Part shown: positions 36,400 to 47,189 of the stretch, in pieces | How the letters are laid out: each line of letters opens with the position of its first letter | Position numbering within the stretch: position 1 is the stretch's first letter | The notes under the pieces: model-generated | The model's database searches: none | The model's input: only the letters and a program-made list of their open reading frames with translations | What the model was told of the DNA's origin: nothing | Position numbers and translations under genes: made by a program | Assembly: GCA_938002605.1 (NCBI GenBank) | Contig: CALLAF010000025.1 | Span: 56,638-120,637 of the forward strand | Direction: 5' to 3' | Length of the DNA: 64,000 nucleotides | DNA from: an uncultured Rhodobacteraceae bacterium | GTDB lineage: Bacteria > Pseudomonadota > Alphaproteobacteria > Rhodobacterales > Rhodobacteraceae

Positions 36400-37611
36400 A
36401 TGACCGAAGCCTATATCTATGACGCCGTGCGCACCCCGCGCGGCAAGGGTCGCAAGGATGGCAGCCTGCACGAGGTGACATCCGCGCGGCTTTCTGCTGG
36501 CGTTCTCAATGCGCTGAAAGAACGGAACAACCTTGAAGGCCACGCCGTTGAGGATGTGATTTGGGGCAATGTGACCCAAGTGGCTGAACAGGGCGGCTGC
36601 CTTGCGCGCACGGCTGTTTTGGCTTCGGACCTTGACCAATCTATTCCCGGCCTTGCGATCAACCGTTTCTGCGCATCTGGCATGGAAGCGGTCAATCTGG
36701 CAGCAAACCAAGTCAAAGGCGGCGCTGGTTCCGCCTATATTGCAGGCGGCGTCGAAATGATGGGCCGCGTCGCGATGGGGTCTGACGGCGCTGCGATCGC
36801 CGTTGATCCGTCCATCGCGATGGACACTTATTTTGTCCCGCAAGGGATTTCTGCCGATATTATCGCGACAGAATACGGGTTCACCCGTGAAATGGCCGAT
36901 CAGCTGGCAATGGAAAGCCAAAAACGCGCGGCGGCTGCTTGGGAAGACAACCGTTTTGCCAACTCTATTGTGCCAGTCACTGACATCAACGGGCTCCCCA
37001 TTCTGGACCGCGACGAATACATGCGCCCCGGCACCGACATGCAGTCACTTGGCGGTCTAAACCCCGCGTTCCAAGCGATGGGCGAGGTCATGCCCGGCTT
37101 TGATAAAGTCGCGCTGATGAAATACCCGCATCTGGAAAAGATCAACCACATCCACCACGCGGGCAATTCATCCGGTATCGTGGACGGTGCGGCTGGCGTG
37201 TTAATCGGGTCCAAGGAATACGGCGAAGCCATGGGGATCAAACCGCGCGCGGTGATCCGGGCCACAGCCAAAATCGGCACTGACCCAACCATCATGCTAA
37301 CCGGCCCCGTGCCCGTGACCGAAAAAATCATGAAAGACAGCGGCATGTCGATTTCAGACATCGACTTGTTCGAAGTCAACGAAGCCTTCGCGTCGGTCGT
37401 TTTGCGGTTCATGCAGGCATTCGATGTCGATGATAGCAAGGTCAACGTGAACGGCGGATCAATCGCGATGGGGCACCCGCTGGGTGCCACGGGCGCAATC
37501 ATCATCGGCACATTGCTGGACGAGCTAGAGCGCACAGGCAAAGGCACAGGTCTAGCCACGCTTTGCATCGCATCCGGCATGGGTGCAGCTACAATCATCG
37601 AACGCGTGTAA
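36400..37611 (+). CDS. fadA: acetyl-CoA C-acyltransferase (3-ketoacyl-CoA thiolase)
   Basis: 403 aa. Active-site NRFCASG and C-terminal CIASGMG. SD GGAGGAAA. Confidence 0.93.
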   Translation: MTEAYIYDAVRTPRGKGRKDGSLHEVTSARLSAGVLNALKERNNLEGHAVEDVIWGNVTQVAEQGGCLARTAVLASDLDQSIPGLAINRFCASGMEAVNLAANQVKGGAGSAYIAGGVEMMGRVAMGSDGAAIAVDPSIAMDTYFVPQGISADIIATEYGFTREMADQLAMESQKRAAAAWEDNRFANSIVPVTDINGLPILDRDEYMRPGTDMQSLGGLNPAFQAMGEVMPGFDKVALMKYPHLEKINHIHHAGNSSGIVDGAAGVLIGSKEYGEAMGIKPRAVIRATAKIGTDPTIMLTGPVPVTEKIMKDSGMSISDIDLFEVNEAFASVVLRFMQAFDVDDSKVNVNGGSIAMGHPLGATGAIIIGTLLDELERTGKGTGLATLCIASGMGAATIIERV

Positions 37612-37623
37612 GGGGCCACTGCT

Positions 37624-39819
37624 ATGACTGACTTTACAATGAAAACGGATGCCGACGGCGTCGCAATCATTACTTGGGACGTGCAGGGTAAATCCATGAA
37701 CGTCATGACGCTAGAGGCATGGCCGGTGCTTGACGGCTTGATCGATGACGCGCTTGCCGATGACGCGGTCAAAGGCATCGTGATCACCTCGGGCAAAGAC
37801 ACATTTGCTGGCGGTATGGACCTGAACGTCATTGCCAAGATGAAAGAAAGCGCGGGCGACAACCCAGCCAAGGGCCTGTTCGACGGGCTGATGGAAAGCC
37901 ATGCAATCTTGCGCAAAATTGAACGCGCAGGCATGGACCCCAAGACCAACAAAGGCGGCAAACCAATCGCAGCCGCCCTGCCCGGCACAGCACTTGGCAT
38001 TGGTTTGGAAATCCCACTGGCTTGTCACCGCATCTTTGCTGCTGATAACCCCAAAGCCAAAATCGGCCTGCCCGAAATCATGGTCGGCATCTTTCCCGGC
38101 ATGGGCGGCACCACACGTTTGTCACGCAAGCTGGGTGCTATGGGCGCATCACCGCTTTTGCTTGAAGGCAAACTAAACGACCCGAAAAAAGCCAAAGCCG
38201 CCGGTGTGGTTGACGAAGTTGTACCCGCAGAAGAATTGCAAGCCGCAGCCAAAGCATGGGTTCTGTCAGAACCTAAGATCGTGAAACCTTGGGATGAAAA
38301 AGGTTATAAAATGCCGGGCGGCGCGCCGTATCACCCAGCTGGTTTCATGACCTTTGTTGGTGCATCCGCAATGGTCAACGGCAAGACCCAAGGTGCATTC
38401 CCTGCGGCCAAGGCCCTGCTATCAGCGGTCTATGAGGGCGCATTGGTGCCATTTGACACCGCGCTAAAAATCGAGGCCCGCTGGTTCACCAATGTGCTGA
38501 TGAACCCGTCATCATCTGCGATGATCCGCAGCTTGTTCATCAACAAAGAAGCGCTTGAAAAAGGGGCCAATCGTCCCGCAGTGGCGGACCAAAAGGTACA
38601 AAAGGTCGGCGTAATTGGCGCAGGCATGATGGGCGCGGGCATTGCGCTTGTTTCTGCCTTGGCGGGTATTCAGGTTGTCCTGATCGACAGCACCCAAGAG
38701 GCTGCAGACAAGGGCAAATCCTATACCACGTCCTATATGGACAAAGGGATTTCGCGCAAAAAGGCGACGGAAGAAAAGAAAGAAGCCGTGCTTGGCCTGA
38801 TCAACGCAACAACCGATTACGCAGCCCTTGAAGGTTGCGATCTGATCGTCGAAGCCGTGTTCGAAGACGTCGGCGTCAAGGCCGAGGTAACGAAGAAAGT
38901 CCAAGCCGTCGTTGGCCCTGACTGTATCTTTGCAACCAACACATCGACCTTGCCGATCACCGAATTGGCCAAAGCTTCGAATGACGCCGACAAATTCATT
39001 GGCATCCACTTCTTTAGCCCTGTCGACAAAATGCTGCTGGTCGAGATCATCAAAGGCAAACAGACGGGCGATGTGGCCGTGGCCAAGGCGCTCGACTTTG
39101 TGCGTCAAATCCGCAAGACCCCAATTGTCGTGAACGATGAACGGTTCTTCTATGCGAACCGCTGCATCATTCCTTACATCAACGAAGGTATTCGGATGGT
39201 GAAAGAAGGCGTGGAACCTGCGTTGATCGAAAACGCCGCAAAACTGCTTGGCATGCCATTAGGCCCGCTGCAATTGGTTGATGAAACCTCTGTCGATCTG
39301 GGTGTCAAAATTGCCAAAGCGACCAAAGCCGCAATGGGCGATGATTACCCAGATGGCGAAGTCGATGAGGTACTGTTCTGGATGTTCGACCAAAAACGTC
39401 TGGGTCGCAAATCCAACAGTGGCTTCTACGAATATGATGCCAAGGGCAAGCGGACTGGCCTATGGGACGGCCTCGCGGCGCAATACCCTGTCGCAGATGA
39501 ACAGCCGGATCTGACAACCGTGCAGCACCGTTTGATGTTTGCGCAGGTTCTCGAAGCTGTTCGCGCGCTTGAAGAAAACGTGCTTGAAGATATCCGCGAA
39601 GGCGATGTCGGCGCGATCCTTGGCTGGGGCTTTGCACCTTGGTCTGGTGGGCCGTTTAGCTGGCTTGATATCATCGGCGCACCTTATGCGGCCGAACGCT
39701 GTGACCAGTTGACCGAAGAATTCGGCGCACGGTTCACAACACCTGCCCTGCTGCGTGAAATGGCGGACAAAAACCAAGCTTTCTACAAACGGTTCGGCCA
39801 AGACAGTAAAGCGGCCTAA
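37624..39819 (+). CDS. fadB: multifunctional enoyl-CoA hydratase / 3-hydroxyacyl-CoA dehydrogenase (FadB/FadJ type)
   Basis: 731 aa. N-terminal crotonase fold followed by a 3HCDH domain with VGVIGAGMMGAGIA. Confidence 0.93.
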   Translation: MTDFTMKTDADGVAIITWDVQGKSMNVMTLEAWPVLDGLIDDALADDAVKGIVITSGKDTFAGGMDLNVIAKMKESAGDNPAKGLFDGLMESHAILRKIERAGMDPKTNKGGKPIAAALPGTALGIGLEIPLACHRIFAADNPKAKIGLPEIMVGIFPGMGGTTRLSRKLGAMGASPLLLEGKLNDPKKAKAAGVVDEVVPAEELQAAAKAWVLSEPKIVKPWDEKGYKMPGGAPYHPAGFMTFVGASAMVNGKTQGAFPAAKALLSAVYEGALVPFDTALKIEARWFTNVLMNPSSSAMIRSLFINKEALEKGANRPAVADQKVQKVGVIGAGMMGAGIALVSALAGIQVVLIDSTQEAADKGKSYTTSYMDKGISRKKATEEKKEAVLGLINATTDYAALEGCDLIVEAVFEDVGVKAEVTKKVQAVVGPDCIFATNTSTLPITELAKASNDADKFIGIHFFSPVDKMLLVEIIKGKQTGDVAVAKALDFVRQIRKTPIVVNDERFFYANRCIIPYINEGIRMVKEGVEPALIENAAKLLGMPLGPLQLVDETSVDLGVKIAKATKAAMGDDYPDGEVDEVLFWMFDQKRLGRKSNSGFYEYDAKGKRTGLWDGLAAQYPVADEQPDLTTVQHRLMFAQVLEAVRALEENVLEDIREGDVGAILGWGFAPWSGGPFSWLDIIGAPYAAERCDQLTEEFGARFTTPALLREMADKNQAFYKRFGQDSKAA

Positions 39820-39841
39820 GGCCTCATACGCCTAAAAATTG

Positions 39842-39876
39842 AAACGCGTCTTGCTTGCAGGGCGCGTTTTTTTTGG
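39842..39876 (+). terminator. rho-independent terminator after the fadB-type gene
   Basis: AAACGCG-loop-CGCGUUU followed by a U8 run. Confidence 0.6.
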
Positions 39877-39915
39877 CATAACTACGATAGATGCGACCAT
39901 AAAAAAGTATTTCAA

Positions 39916-40317
39916 ATGAAAATATATGCCACGATCACAGCCGCCTTGTTTGCAACTCAGACCTTTGCTGGTGAAATCACCAGCTATTACGCGGACCTCG
40001 CCCAAGCAGACATGACCAACTCGCGCGGCGTTGCGTTGACAGATATGGCCGCGATTTTGCAGCAAGACCGTGCCAACGTGCATCGCTTTGGCATCGCACA
40101 AGAAGGCGATGAAATTGACGGGATTTTTCGCACGCCAGACACGCGCGCCCAAATTCCAACCCTCTATGCCAATGGCCCCAAAGTTGCAGGCGTCGCCGAT
40201 TGGATCGAAAGTGGTCACAGCCTGCGGGTCCATGTCAGCGTTTGTGGCGTAAAATCGCGGGCCGATTATTTGATCGTGAATTTTGGCGACGGTGATTTGG
40301 CCTATACCTGCGACTAG
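39916..40317 (+). CDS. secreted hypothetical protein
   Basis: 133 aa. Signal peptide MKIYATITAALFATQTFA-GE. Confidence 0.55.
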   Translation: MKIYATITAALFATQTFAGEITSYYADLAQADMTNSRGVALTDMAAILQQDRANVHRFGIAQEGDEIDGIFRTPDTRAQIPTLYANGPKVAGVADWIESGHSLRVHVSVCGVKSRADYLIVNFGDGDLAYTCD

Positions 40318-40392
40318 CACGCACAAACCGAATACCGACATGACAATCCCGCGCCCCCGCGATAAGTTCGAACAAAAAGGGCGGTTGGGGCA

Positions 40393-41409
40393 ATGACAGC
40401 ACTTGAAAAATATGAGCGGCTGGAATGCGGCGGGCTTTGGCGCGCGGATAAGGATGCGCAGCGCCGCGATGTTGTTGTGTCCTTTGGCAATGCCACGCTG
40501 GTTATTGCCGATGGCGCTGGACGGCCATTAACCCATTGGTCCCTGCCCGCGCTTGAACGGCAAAACCCCGGTGAAATACCCGCGATCTACACCCCCGGCG
40601 AAGACGCTGAAGAAACGGTTGAAATCGCGGATACGCTAATGATCGACGCGATAAATGCAATCCAAAAGGCGCTCGAAAAATCGCGCCCCAAACCCGGCAA
40701 GCTACGGTTATTCATGACCTTGGCTACGGTGGCCGCGACTGCTGCACTTGCGATATTTTGGCTGCCGGGCGCGTTGTCACGCCAAACACTTGCCGTCGTT
40801 CCAGCCGCAAAACGCGTGGAAATCGGCGCGACACTTTTGGGATATATGCAACAGACAACCGGCGCGCCCTGTCATGAGCCGCGCGCGAATATGGCAGCTG
40901 CAACCCTGGCCAAACGCCTATTCGGGACTGACACGCAGACCCAGATCATTGTGGTGCCGCATCTCGAACAAGGCGCGGTGGCTATACCGGGACAGTTGAT
41001 CGTGATCGACTATAGGCTTTTGCAGCAGGCTGATGATCCTGCAGCCATCGCTGGGTTCATCGTGGCCAGCAGGTCGTCGATGCTCGAAAATGATCCGCTC
41101 GAAACCCTGCTACATAGCGCAGGGCTTGGCGTGACTTTCAAATTGCTTACCACCGGTGACATTCCTGCGCAGGTCTTGGCGCAGACTGCTCAATCTATCG
41201 TCGGCGCGCCCGCGATGCACATGGATATCGATACGATAAAAACGGGCTTTATCAACGCACAAATCCCGCTCGCGCCATATTTGAACCTGCTGGATCAGGC
41301 GACGGGGAATATGCCCGACATCGGGCCAGATGCGCTAGAAGGACAAACGCTGCCCGCCATTATGACGGACAGCGCATGGGTTAGCTTGCAGAATATCTGC
41401 AACATTTAG
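40393..41409 (+). CDS. hypothetical single-pass membrane protein
   Basis: 338 aa. Soluble N-domain, one TM (LFMTLATVAATAALAIFWL), then a large C-domain. No recognisable motif. Confidence 0.6.
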   Translation: MTALEKYERLECGGLWRADKDAQRRDVVVSFGNATLVIADGAGRPLTHWSLPALERQNPGEIPAIYTPGEDAEETVEIADTLMIDAINAIQKALEKSRPKPGKLRLFMTLATVAATAALAIFWLPGALSRQTLAVVPAAKRVEIGATLLGYMQQTTGAPCHEPRANMAAATLAKRLFGTDTQTQIIVVPHLEQGAVAIPGQLIVIDYRLLQQADDPAAIAGFIVASRSSMLENDPLETLLHSAGLGVTFKLLTTGDIPAQVLAQTAQSIVGAPAMHMDIDTIKTGFINAQIPLAPYLNLLDQATGNMPDIGPDALEGQTLPAIMTDSAWVSLQNICNI

Positions 41410-41411
41410 GC

Positions 41412-42044
41412 TTACTTGGTGCCGAACATCCGGTCGCCCGCGTCGCCCAAGCCGGGAACGATATAGCCTTGTTCATTCAGCTTTTCGTCAATCGCAGCAG
41501 TCACAATCGGCACGTCAGGGTGCGCCTCTTTCATCCGTGCAATCCCTTCTGGGGAGGCCAGCAAACACAAGAAACGGATGTTCTTGGCCCCTGATTTTTT
41601 CAGCAGATCAATGGCCGCAACAGATGAATTCCCAGTGGCAAGCATCGGATCGACGGCGATCACCAAACGATCTTCGAGCTCAGTCGGGACCTTGAAATAA
41701 TACTGCACAGGTTCAAGCGTTTCTTCGTCGCGGTACAGCCCGACAAAGCCAACCCGCGCGGATGGGATCAATTCAAGCACACCATCCAACAACCCATTGC
41801 CCGCACGCAAAATCGACACCAGAGCAAGTTTTTTGCCGTCAATCACCGGCGCATCCATCGTTTGCAACGGTGTTTCAATCTGACGCGTTGTCATCGGCAG
41901 ACCGCGCGTCACCTCATAAGCCAATAGCTGTGAAATCTCGCGCAACAACTGGCGAAAGCTCGCGGTTGAGGTGTCTTTTTGGCGCATCAGCGTCAGTTTG
42001 TGCTGCACGAGCGGGTGGGTCACATGGGTCACGTGATCAGTCAT
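41412..42044 (-). CDS. upp: uracil phosphoribosyltransferase
   Basis: [13 protein letters not shown] and the PRPP loop [10 protein letters not shown]. Start at ATG 42044, overlapping add by 8 nt. Confidence 0.93.
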   Translation of the reverse strand: MTDHVTHVTHPLVQHKLTLMRQKDTSTASFRQLLREISQLLAYEVTRGLPMTTRQIETPLQTMDAPVIDGKKLALVSILRAGNGLLDGVLELIPSARVGFVGLYRDEETLEPVQYYFKVPTELEDRLVIAVDPMLATGNSSVAAIDLLKKSGAKNIRFLCLLASPEGIARMKEAHPDVPIVTAAIDEKLNEQGYIVPGLGDAGDRMFGTK

Positions 42045-43029
42045 CTTTTGGCTCCAGTCGTTTCGCCACACGGGCGCGGGTTTGTTCGTCGCAAAATGCG
42101 GCATCAAGAGCGATCTTGTTGAGCGCCCGGAAATCTTCTGCGTCCCAGCCAAATGTCTGGGCAAGCATCGCGTATTCGTCGGTCATTGTGGTGTGGAAAA
42201 ACGGCGGATCATCCGTGGATACGGTCACCGGCACACCTGCGTCACGCAGTTTTGCAATCGGGTGCGCATCCCATCCCGTCACAGCTTTAAGCACCACGTT
42301 TGAACCGGGGCAAACCTCAAGCACGATGCCTTTATCGACGATTTCAGCCACCAATGCAGGGTCTTCGATTGCGCCAATCCCATGGCCGATCCGTTCGACT
42401 TTGAGATCACGAATGGTTTCGGCAACCATTGACGCCCCACCCCATTCGCCCGCATGGGCAGTTAACTGCAATCCGGCTTCGCGGGCCATGTCGAAACTAT
42501 AGGCGTAATCGCCCGGACGACCGACCAATTCACCGCCAGCCATGCCAAACCCGGTGATAAAATCGCCCTTGGTTTCCGCCGCACATGCAGCTGCAACTTT
42601 GCATTGATCGGGGCCAAAATGGCGGATGCCTGTCACGATCCCGCGCAAGGTGATGCCCATCGTGCGTTCGGCCTCATCCGCTGCGTCCTGCATTGCAGCC
42701 AAATAATCACGCCATGCGGCCAGATCACCCCCGCCGCAAAAATCGGGCGACACGAATGTTTCCATGTAAACAACGCCATGCGCTGCGGTTTCTTCAAGAA
42801 CGGCCAGCGTTAACCGGCGAAAATCTTCGGGGGATTGCAGCGGCGTGCAGGCGGCTTCATAGACCTTAAGAAAGTGATCAAAATCGCGAAAAGCATACCC
42901 GCCCTGCGCATCAAAAATGCCCGAAATGTCAATATTCTTTTCGCGCGCTAGCCCTGCGATAAATGCAGGCGGTGCGCAACCTTCAAGGTGCGTGTGCAGT
43001 TCGATCTTGGGAATGTCTTTGAAATTCAT
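42037..43029 (-). CDS. add: adenosine deaminase
   Basis: 330 aa. [15 protein letters not shown] and STDDP motifs. Confidence 0.93.
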   Translation of the reverse strand: MNFKDIPKIELHTHLEGCAPPAFIAGLAREKNIDISGIFDAQGGYAFRDFDHFLKVYEAACTPLQSPEDFRRLTLAVLEETAAHGVVYMETFVSPDFCGGGDLAAWRDYLAAMQDAADEAERTMGITLRGIVTGIRHFGPDQCKVAAACAAETKGDFITGFGMAGGELVGRPGDYAYSFDMAREAGLQLTAHAGEWGGASMVAETIRDLKVERIGHGIGAIEDPALVAEIVDKGIVLEVCPGSNVVLKAVTGWDAHPIAKLRDAGVPVTVSTDDPPFFHTTMTDEYAMLAQTFGWDAEDFRALNKIALDAAFCDEQTRARVAKRLEPKDD

Positions 43030-44204
43030 AAGAAACTTTTCCCTTCTCCGTCATAGTCCACGTTCAAATGTGCTGCGATACTTGCTGCGACATCGACAAA
43101 ATTCAATTGGCCAAGGGCACGCGGCACAATCCCATGCACCAAGACAGGCACCTGTTCGCGGGTGTGATCGGTACCCGGCCATGTCGGGTCATTGCCATGA
43201 TCTGCAGTCACGATCAACAGATCATCAGGGCGCAGGCGCGGCAAAAGCTGCACAAGTTGCGCGTCAAACCATTCCAAATGCTTGGCATAGCCTTGCGCGT
43301 CGCGACGGTGGCCAAATTCGCTGTCAAACTCGACCAGATTGGCAAAAATAAACGCCCCGTCTTCGGCCGTATCAACAAGATCAGAGATATGGCCCATCAG
43401 CACATCGTCACGCCCTTTGCGCAGATCATCAATCCCGCGCATCGAAAAAATATCGCCAATTTTGCCAACAGCATAGGTCTTGCGACCTGCCGCCTGCACA
43501 TAGTCGCAGATCGTCGGCGAAGGCGGTGCAATTGCGAAATCTTTGCGGCTTGCGGTGCGGGTGAACGCCCCTTCTTCGCCCACAAAAGGCCGCGCAATGA
43601 CGCGCCCGACCTTCATCGCGTGCAAGGTGGGCGCAATATCAGCACAAAGTTTCAGCAACCGATCAAGCCCAAAGTGGTCTTCATGCGCGGCGATCTGCAA
43701 CACGGAATCGGCTGAAGTATAGCAAATGGGCCAGCCCGATTTCACATGCCCTGCACCTTCGCGCGCGATGATTTCGGTGCCAGAGGCATGGCAATTCCCC
43801 AAAATCCCTTCAGTGCCCGCTGCCGCACAAATCTGCGCGACCAGTTCATCAGGGAAAGCAGGGGTTTGATCGGGGAAAACATGCCAGTCCCATGGCACAG
43901 GAACGCCAGCCAGTTCCCAATGGCCCGATGGGGTGTCTTTGCCATTGGACACCTCGCGTGCGGCACCCCACGCGCCCGTAGGGGCAGCATCCAACCCCTG
44001 CGCCACAACGCCCGAGGCCAGCGTAACCGCCGCCCCAAGCCCCAGCGCGTCCATCACCGGTACATTTAGTCCGGCAGTTTCGGCGATATGCGCAACCGTA
44101 TTAGCCCCGGTATCAGGTAAATCCCCGTTAAAGAACTGATCAGCATCCGGCGCGCCGCCGATGCCAACGCTGTCAATAACGACCAAAAATGCGCGTGCCA
44201 TCAT
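43026..44204 (-). CDS. deoB: phosphopentomutase
   Basis: 392 aa. VIDSVGIG and TADHGNDPT motifs. ATGA overlaps at both ends. Confidence 0.95.
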   Translation of the reverse strand: MMARAFLVVIDSVGIGGAPDADQFFNGDLPDTGANTVAHIAETAGLNVPVMDALGLGAAVTLASGVVAQGLDAAPTGAWGAAREVSNGKDTPSGHWELAGVPVPWDWHVFPDQTPAFPDELVAQICAAAGTEGILGNCHASGTEIIAREGAGHVKSGWPICYTSADSVLQIAAHEDHFGLDRLLKLCADIAPTLHAMKVGRVIARPFVGEEGAFTRTASRKDFAIAPPSPTICDYVQAAGRKTYAVGKIGDIFSMRGIDDLRKGRDDVLMGHISDLVDTAEDGAFIFANLVEFDSEFGHRRDAQGYAKHLEWFDAQLVQLLPRLRPDDLLIVTADHGNDPTWPGTDHTREQVPVLVHGIVPRALGQLNFVDVAASIAAHLNVDYDGEGKSFL

Positions 44205-45496
44205 GTGATCCTTTCGATGATCAGCGGGCCGGGGGTTACTGCGTCACCTATAGTGACCGCCGTCTGCACCGCTGCGATAGCAGCTTCGACGTCAGCCTCC
44301 GTTGCTGCATGAACCATGCACAGCGGATCACCCTTTGTTACCGCCTGCCCCAGCCCGACTGTATCGGTCAGACCAACGGCGGGGTTGATCCTATCTGTTT
44401 CAACCCGACGCCCGCCACCCAATGCCACAACGGCCAGCCCTAGCGCCTCGCCATTGATTGTGGCGATATGGCCTGATAGCGGCGCGGGTACTGGTTTTTC
44501 GACCCGCGCTTTGGGCAAATGCGTGTGCCAATCATCGGCCATATCCGGCGGGCCACCCAAAGCAGCCACCATTTGGCTGAATTTCGCCATCGCGGCGCCC
44601 GAGCTGATCGCAGTTTCGATCTGCGCCTTCGCATCTTTGATCCCGCGCATCGCAAGCAAGCGTTCGCACAAGGACACCGTCAATTCATAAAGCCGGGGCG
44701 CCGCCGCGATATTGCCAGACAGCACCTCCATGCACACAGCCACTTCAAGCGCATTGCCAAGCGCAGGCGCAAGCGGCGCGTTCATATCGGTGATCAGGCT
44801 TTCGGTCTTGCACCCTGCTCCGTTGCTTGCATCGGTCAAGGCACGCGCCAATTCCCGTGCCTCGTCGGGGGTTTTCATAAATGCGCCGGACCCGCATTTG
44901 ACGTCCAAGATCAAGCCTTCCAACCCCGCCGCCAGCTTCTTGGCCAGAATGGAGGCTGTAATCAGATCGACACTTTCGACGGTCGCAGTCACATCGCGGA
45001 TCGCGTAAAGCCGCTTGTCAGCGGGGGCAATTTGGCCCGTCGCGCTGACAATCGCGCAGCCAATATCACTGGTGATATTACGCAGGAGTGTTTCATCCAC
45101 ATCAACCGATAGGCCGGGGATGGATTCAAGCTTATCAAGCGTCCCGCCCGTATGACCCAGCCCGCGCCCTGAAATCATCGGAACATAAACGCCGCACGCG
45201 GCCAAAACGGGTGCAAGGATCAGCGATACGCAATCGCCTACGCCCCCGGTAGAATGCTTATCCAACACCGGCCCAGGCAGATCCCAATACAGCACATCGC
45301 CACTGTCGCGCATGCCTTTGGTTAACGCCACGCGGCCTGCATCAGACAGACCATTCAAACAAACCGCCATCGCAAAGGCGCCCGCCTGCGCGTCGGTGAC
45401 AGCGCCATCGGCCAGACCAGTCGCAAACCACGCCAATTCCGCGTCGCTAGGGGTTTTATTGCGCCGCACAGCGGCAATGATCGCACGGGCATCCAT
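44201..45496 (-). CDS. deoA: thymidine phosphorylase
   Basis: 431 aa. DKHSTGGVGD and the SGRGLGHTGGTLDK motif. Confidence 0.95.
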   Translation of the reverse strand: MDARAIIAAVRRNKTPSDAELAWFATGLADGAVTDAQAGAFAMAVCLNGLSDAGRVALTKGMRDSGDVLYWDLPGPVLDKHSTGGVGDCVSLILAPVLAACGVYVPMISGRGLGHTGGTLDKLESIPGLSVDVDETLLRNITSDIGCAIVSATGQIAPADKRLYAIRDVTATVESVDLITASILAKKLAAGLEGLILDVKCGSGAFMKTPDEARELARALTDASNGAGCKTESLITDMNAPLAPALGNALEVAVCMEVLSGNIAAAPRLYELTVSLCERLLAMRGIKDAKAQIETAISSGAAMAKFSQMVAALGGPPDMADDWHTHLPKARVEKPVPAPLSGHIATINGEALGLAVVALGGGRRVETDRINPAVGLTDTVGLGQAVTKGDPLCMVHAATEADVEAAIAAVQTAVTIGDAVTPGPLIIERIT

Positions 45497-45497
45497 A

Positions 45498-45890
45498 TTA
45501 GGCGCGGCTCATGTAATCGGCGTCAAAACTACCCGGAAGCAATTCTGCCACGGTTGTTTGTGCGGTCAAACCATCAACGGTGGTCATTGTCACGACAACA
45601 TTACCCTCCGCGAATTCCGCAATCTTTTGGCGGCACCCGCCGCAACAGCTAATCGGTTGCGGGCTGTCGGCGATCACTGTGATTTCAGCGATACGCGTAT
45701 CGCCTGCGGCAATCATTGCGGCAATTGCCCCGGCTTCGGCACAGGTGCCTTCGGGGTAGGCGACATTTTCGACGTTGCAGCCAACGTAGACCGCGCCTGA
45801 CGTGGACCGGATCGCAGCGCCAACTTTAAAATTTGAATAGGGCGCATGCGCATTTTCGCGCACGGCGCGGGCGGCTTCAATCAAGGTCAT
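45498..45890 (-). CDS. cdd: cytidine deaminase
   Basis: Zn motifs CAE and PCGGCRQ-like (CCGGCRQ). Start at ATG 45890 after GGAGA. Confidence 0.9.
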   Translation of the reverse strand: MTLIEAARAVRENAHAPYSNFKVGAAIRSTSGAVYVGCNVENVAYPEGTCAEAGAIAAMIAAGDTRIAEITVIADSPQPISCCGGCRQKIAEFAEGNVVVTMTTVDGLTAQTTVAELLPGSFDADYMSRA

Positions 45891-45959
45891 TTTTGTCTCC
45901 GGTGTTAGTCGGCCCAGATTGATCTTTGCGCCCTGCAGATGCAAGGGCGATCCGCGATT

Positions 45960-47051
45960 TCAGCCGGTTTGTACCGAGGTAAACCGCCCCGGCAGGCTCA
46001 CCTCAAGCAGTTCAAGATCGTCGGACGGTTCGGCATAACGCGTCGCCATCCCCGGCGGGATCACAAAGGCGTCGCCGGCTGTAAGGCGCTGAGGATCGCG
46101 TGTTTCGCCCTGCAAGGTCATTTCCCCCTGCATCACAAAGGTAAAATGGATATCAGCGTCATGTTTCGCCCAGATCGGTTCACCCTGCCCCCGCCGGATA
46201 ACCTGCACGCCTGCGACATCTTTGGTATTGGTTGCGATGGTGGTGTCACGCGCAATGAAACCGGGCAATTGGGCTGCCCCCCATTCCGCGCCTTCGGCTT
46301 GGTTAAACACAAATTTTTGCCCCTGCCATTCGCGGTCCGGGCGCAAATGCGGTGTCGGAAGGGTCATATCGTGATCGATTTCAGTGATATGTTCGGCAGG
46401 CACGCCAATTTCAATCACCTCGATCCCCTCGGAGGCCTCAAGCACCCGGTGTCGAATTTCCGGCGGCTGAATAAAACAATCGCCAGCGGTTAAACGGATT
46501 GGTGGACCTTGGTCCTCGTAAACCACATCCACCCAGCCACGATAACAGAAAATCAGCTGAAACCCGACGCGATGAAAATGCACCATATCGGGGACAGGTC
46601 CGCCGTCGGGAATACGGATATGGCTTGCAATAATCGATCCGCCAAGACGATTGGGAATCAGGTCGCGATAGTGCATGCCTGCGCGCCCAATCACCCATGG
46701 TGCTTGATCGGCAAGACGGCGCACGACAAACGCATGGTCCGTTTCAGGCATCTCTAGCGGAGGATTCAACGGGTGTACCGTCACGCGCGTCCCACCGGGC
46801 GCGGTCAGGTCAGTGGCGCCATCGGCAAAACCCGGATCATCGGTCAAAATACGCAATTGCCCCGCGGGGCCATCCGCCTGTGTCAACCGCACAGAAAGCC
46901 CGTGACCCGAAAACACTGCGGTCACAGGGTTATCGGCCGGAAAAATCATGTCCAACCGCATCCCAAGCACCTGGCCAAAAAAACTAAGGTCTGCGCGCAG
47001 GTCGGTCGTGGTCAAACAGGCCTCTGCCCGCGTTTCAAAAGTGTTGTTCAT
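45960..47051 (-). CDS. VOC-like N-domain plus bicupin protein, function unknown
   Basis: 363 aa from ATG 47051. There are two cupin-like barrels (HFHRVGFQLIF...PPEIRHRV and IHFTFVMQGEM...). It lies 70 nt upstream of cdd on the same strand. Confidence 0.65.
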   Translation of the reverse strand: MNNTFETRAEACLTTTDLRADLSFFGQVLGMRLDMIFPADNPVTAVFSGHGLSVRLTQADGPAGQLRILTDDPGFADGATDLTAPGGTRVTVHPLNPPLEMPETDHAFVVRRLADQAPWVIGRAGMHYRDLIPNRLGGSIIASHIRIPDGGPVPDMVHFHRVGFQLIFCYRGWVDVVYEDQGPPIRLTAGDCFIQPPEIRHRVLEASEGIEVIEIGVPAEHITEIDHDMTLPTPHLRPDREWQGQKFVFNQAEGAEWGAAQLPGFIARDTTIATNTKDVAGVQVIRRGQGEPIWAKHDADIHFTFVMQGEMTLQGETRDPQRLTAGDAFVIPPGMATRYAEPSDDLELLEVSLPGRFTSVQTG

Positions 47052-47189
47052 ACGATGATCGTGGCGGGCACTGGGGTGATTTGCAATACAATGATTTGCC
47101 AAATGCCCCCAATCTATGTTTAACCCGAACCAATTAGATTCCGTAAAACACACTGATAGTTTAACATTAAACTATACTTGGAGAATGTG

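Noticed and set aside
35861-36403. 180-aa alternative-frame ORF overlapping the YidD-like gene.
   Set aside because: The product is Ser/Arg/Ala-rich with no motif. The competing frame carries the YidD-like signature and an SD.
36900-38000. 366-aa ORF on the - strand spanning the fadA/fadB junction.
   Set aside because: It is antisense to two strongly supported genes. The product is Ala/Ser/Pro/Met-rich low-complexity sequence typical of GC-rich shadow frames, with no SD or motif.
41762-42502. 246-aa + strand ORF across upp/add.
   Set aside because: It is antisense to two enzymes with clear motifs. The Ser/Ala/Arg-rich composition marks it as a shadow ORF.
43068-43715. 215-aa + strand ORF inside deoB, and similar 100-230-aa antisense ORFs inside rpsA, rpoD, deoA, kpsC and lnt.
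   Set aside because: All overlap genes with unambiguous family signatures and show shadow-frame composition.
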